A DNA stretch of 64,000 bases from Piromyces finnis finn (lineage: Eukaryota; Fungi; Neocallimastigomycota). Below, piece by piece: positions 61,685 through 64,000 of this stretch. Numbering within the stretch: the first letter of the stretch is position 1; each line of letters begins with the position of its first letter. The stretch lies in assembly GCA_002104945.1 (NCBI GenBank), contig MCFH01000020.1, positions 682,001 to 746,000 of the forward strand, read 5' to 3'. Position numbers and translations under genes: made by a program. The notes under the pieces were generated by a model. The model was not told where the DNA came from. It made no database searches and saw nothing but the letters and a program-made list of their open reading frames with translations.

Positions 61685-63207
61685 TATGTTATTCATTTTA
61701 TTTGAATGAATAGATATGAAAAGACACATAAATACAAATCATTGATAATTTATTCAAAATTGCTACCATCTTTTTGTAAAATCATTTTCGTCATCATAAA
61801 AGTAGTTTTATATTTATTTATTTTTTATTAATATATATCATCAATGCAATTTTTATTATAATTTAATATTATTAATATGTAAAAATAATGAAAGAACCAT
61901 ATATATTGGGTTAATTATAGTTAAAAAAACAGTTAATATAATTTGTATTAAAATTTAAAACCTTTTTTTTTTTTTCTTTTCCATTAAATTCAATAATTAC
62001 GTCATTATATTAAACAAAAACATTAATTTTCTAAAGAAAATGAGAAAACATAAAGTATTTTATTGTATTTTATTTTTAAAATGATAATAATTTAGATAAT
62101 TAACAATTATTATTTATGTTTTATTTTATAAATTTCAATTTTTTATTTTATATATTATAAATTTAAAACATCTTTTTTTTAATATAAAAGGAAATATTTT
62201 ATTCAAATTTTAAGTATTTCATGCTTCATGAATTAATAATAATAAAAAAAAAAAAAACAAAAAAAAAAAAAACAATATTATAAATTGAGAGAAAGAAAAG
62301 TTTTAAAAGATAAATTATTGTGTAGTAGTTAAAATAATTATATTTTCATTATTTTTTTATTTTGTTAATTATAGATAAATAAAAACTTTAATTTATAATA
62401 AAATTTACCATAAAGAATATAAATCTGTATAATAATTTAATTAATATTTTTATTATATTTTTAAATTTTTTAAAAAACTTTTTTTTTCATTATTAAAATT
62501 TAATTTAAATTTTTTCTTTTTTCTTTTTGAAAAGATATACCATTAAAAATAACAAAAACTGTTCAAATTCAAATTCAAATTCAAATTCTAAAAAAAAAAG
62601 TGAAATAAATTTAGTATTTTCAACTTATTATTATGTTGAGTTAAATATTATTATTATTATTATTATTTTTCTATAGAGAAATAATTTTATTTAAATAAAA
62701 GAAAAGTTTTCTTGATATTTCATTTCTGTTCTTTTAACTGATAAATTAAAATAATTTTGAGAAAACATTGAAAAAACGCTACTATTTTATTACTATTAAT
62801 ACAACAACAACAACATTAAAATTAAAAATAAAATTCAAATGATTATTATAAACAATAATATATAAAAAAAAATAACATTTTAAGTTGATAATTTGAATTA
62901 TACCAAATAACCACTTTTTCTTCTTCTTCTTCTTCTTCTTATTTTTTATCTTCTTCAATAAATTATATAAAATTCTCAAAATATAATTACCTATATTTAC
63001 AGGAATACTCATAAAAAGTCATATACTAGTATATTATTAATTTAATTTTTCATTTATCATTAGTTTTGAATTGAATTTAAATACGTAATTGAAATTATTT
63101 TGAAAATTAGTTTTTTTTTCTTTTCTTTCTTTCTTTCTTTCTTTTTTTTTTTTTTTTTTTTTTTTAATTTATTTGCTTATTATTAAAAAAAAAAAAACAA
63201 ATAAAAT

Positions 63208-64000
63208 ATGGATGTGGATGTCAAAAAATCTGATATTATTATAAGAAATTTTTTTTCAAAATTTTCACAAATTGTTATACAGTCAAGATTTCAATTTCAA
63301 GAAAATGAACCAAAAAAAGAAAGCAAATGGGTATAATTTTTTTTTTATAAATTTTCAGTGAAATATAAAGAACTGATGCGTTTATTACGAATATAGTTAA
63401 ATTCTAACAATTTTATATTATTTTTTTTATTAATATATAGTTTAATATAAGATTACATGATATACAGAGACTAGAAGAAGATTCTATTATAAATAATTAT
63501 AAAAAAATACCTATACCAGAATTTTTGCCTTTAATTATTGATATTTATTTGGATATATCACCTTGTCTTCTTAATAAGAAAGTATATATACGAGATGAAG
63601 AGAATAAAAACAACATAGAAAATTTAGTTGAAATCGATACCACATCATCACGTCAAAAAAAAAAAATTATTTTATTAGAACGATGGCGTCTTTCATTAAC
63701 GTAAATAATTTTTCAAACTTAATATTAATTAATTTATCATATTATTATATGTCTATGTATATAAATGAGAGTAAAAATAATAGATAAATAATAAAGATAA
63801 TTATTCATTAAATATTTATTATTATATGGTGAAATACTATTATTTTAACTCTTCCCCCCTCTATTTCCTTTTCTTTCCCTAAATTAGGTCAAATGAAGTT
63901 AAAAATAAAATAGAATCTTCACTTACCTATAAAAAAGCTATTATTTTTTTTAGATCATTATTCATGCAAATTCGTATGATGCCTACTTATAAACTATTAA
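63208..64000 (+). CDS. ATG13: Autophagy protein Atg13, N-terminal HORMA domain (partial; continues beyond the window)
   Basis: Exons 63208-63330, 63441-63700 and 63888-end: IIRNFFSKFSQIVIQSR...KW|FNI...PLIIDIYLD...ILLERWRLSL|...YKKAIIFFRSLFMQIRMMPTYKL, matching the fungal Atg13 motifs S.F.K...I..SR, WFN, LERW and YKK.I..FRSL...R..P..KL. Confidence 0.85.

Overview
Extremely AT-rich, intron-containing eukaryotic DNA, almost certainly an anaerobic gut fungus (Neocallimastigomycota): fungal dockerin (CBM10-type) enzymes, an ITS1/5.8S fragment with gut-fungal motifs, and AT-only intergenic DNA full of microsatellites. Gene models were built by eye, many missed or fragmented by the ORF track. In order: a 7-exon GH45 subfamily C-like (PcCel45A-type) enzyme with two C-terminal dockerins; a 2087-aa PKS-like megaenzyme with the architecture degenerate alpha-oxoamine synthase - KS - AT - 7-aa Pro/Thr repeat - ECH - ECH and no ACP; an internally deleted LINE relic; Hsp20 with a 10-bp-phased GAA array upstream; cofilin; a small multi-exon orphan gene; an orphan ITS1-5.8S rDNA fragment; a 716-aa disordered orphan protein; a CelA-like dockerin-GH6 cellulase; a near-full-length single-ORF APE-RT non-LTR retrotransposon with a hairpin-rich leader; GPN2; an 11.8-kb gene-poor stretch; a 1976-aa Argonaute with about 1030 aa of N/Q-rich N-terminus and an N-E-D-H tetrad; and the 5' end of ATG13. 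The best candidates for something new are the ACP-less AOS*-KS-AT-ECH-ECH synthase, the dockerin-bearing GH45-C enzyme, the probably non-slicing prion-like Argonaute and the structured LINE leader. All homology calls come from motif recognition and remembered family consensus, not database searches, so novelty is unverified.
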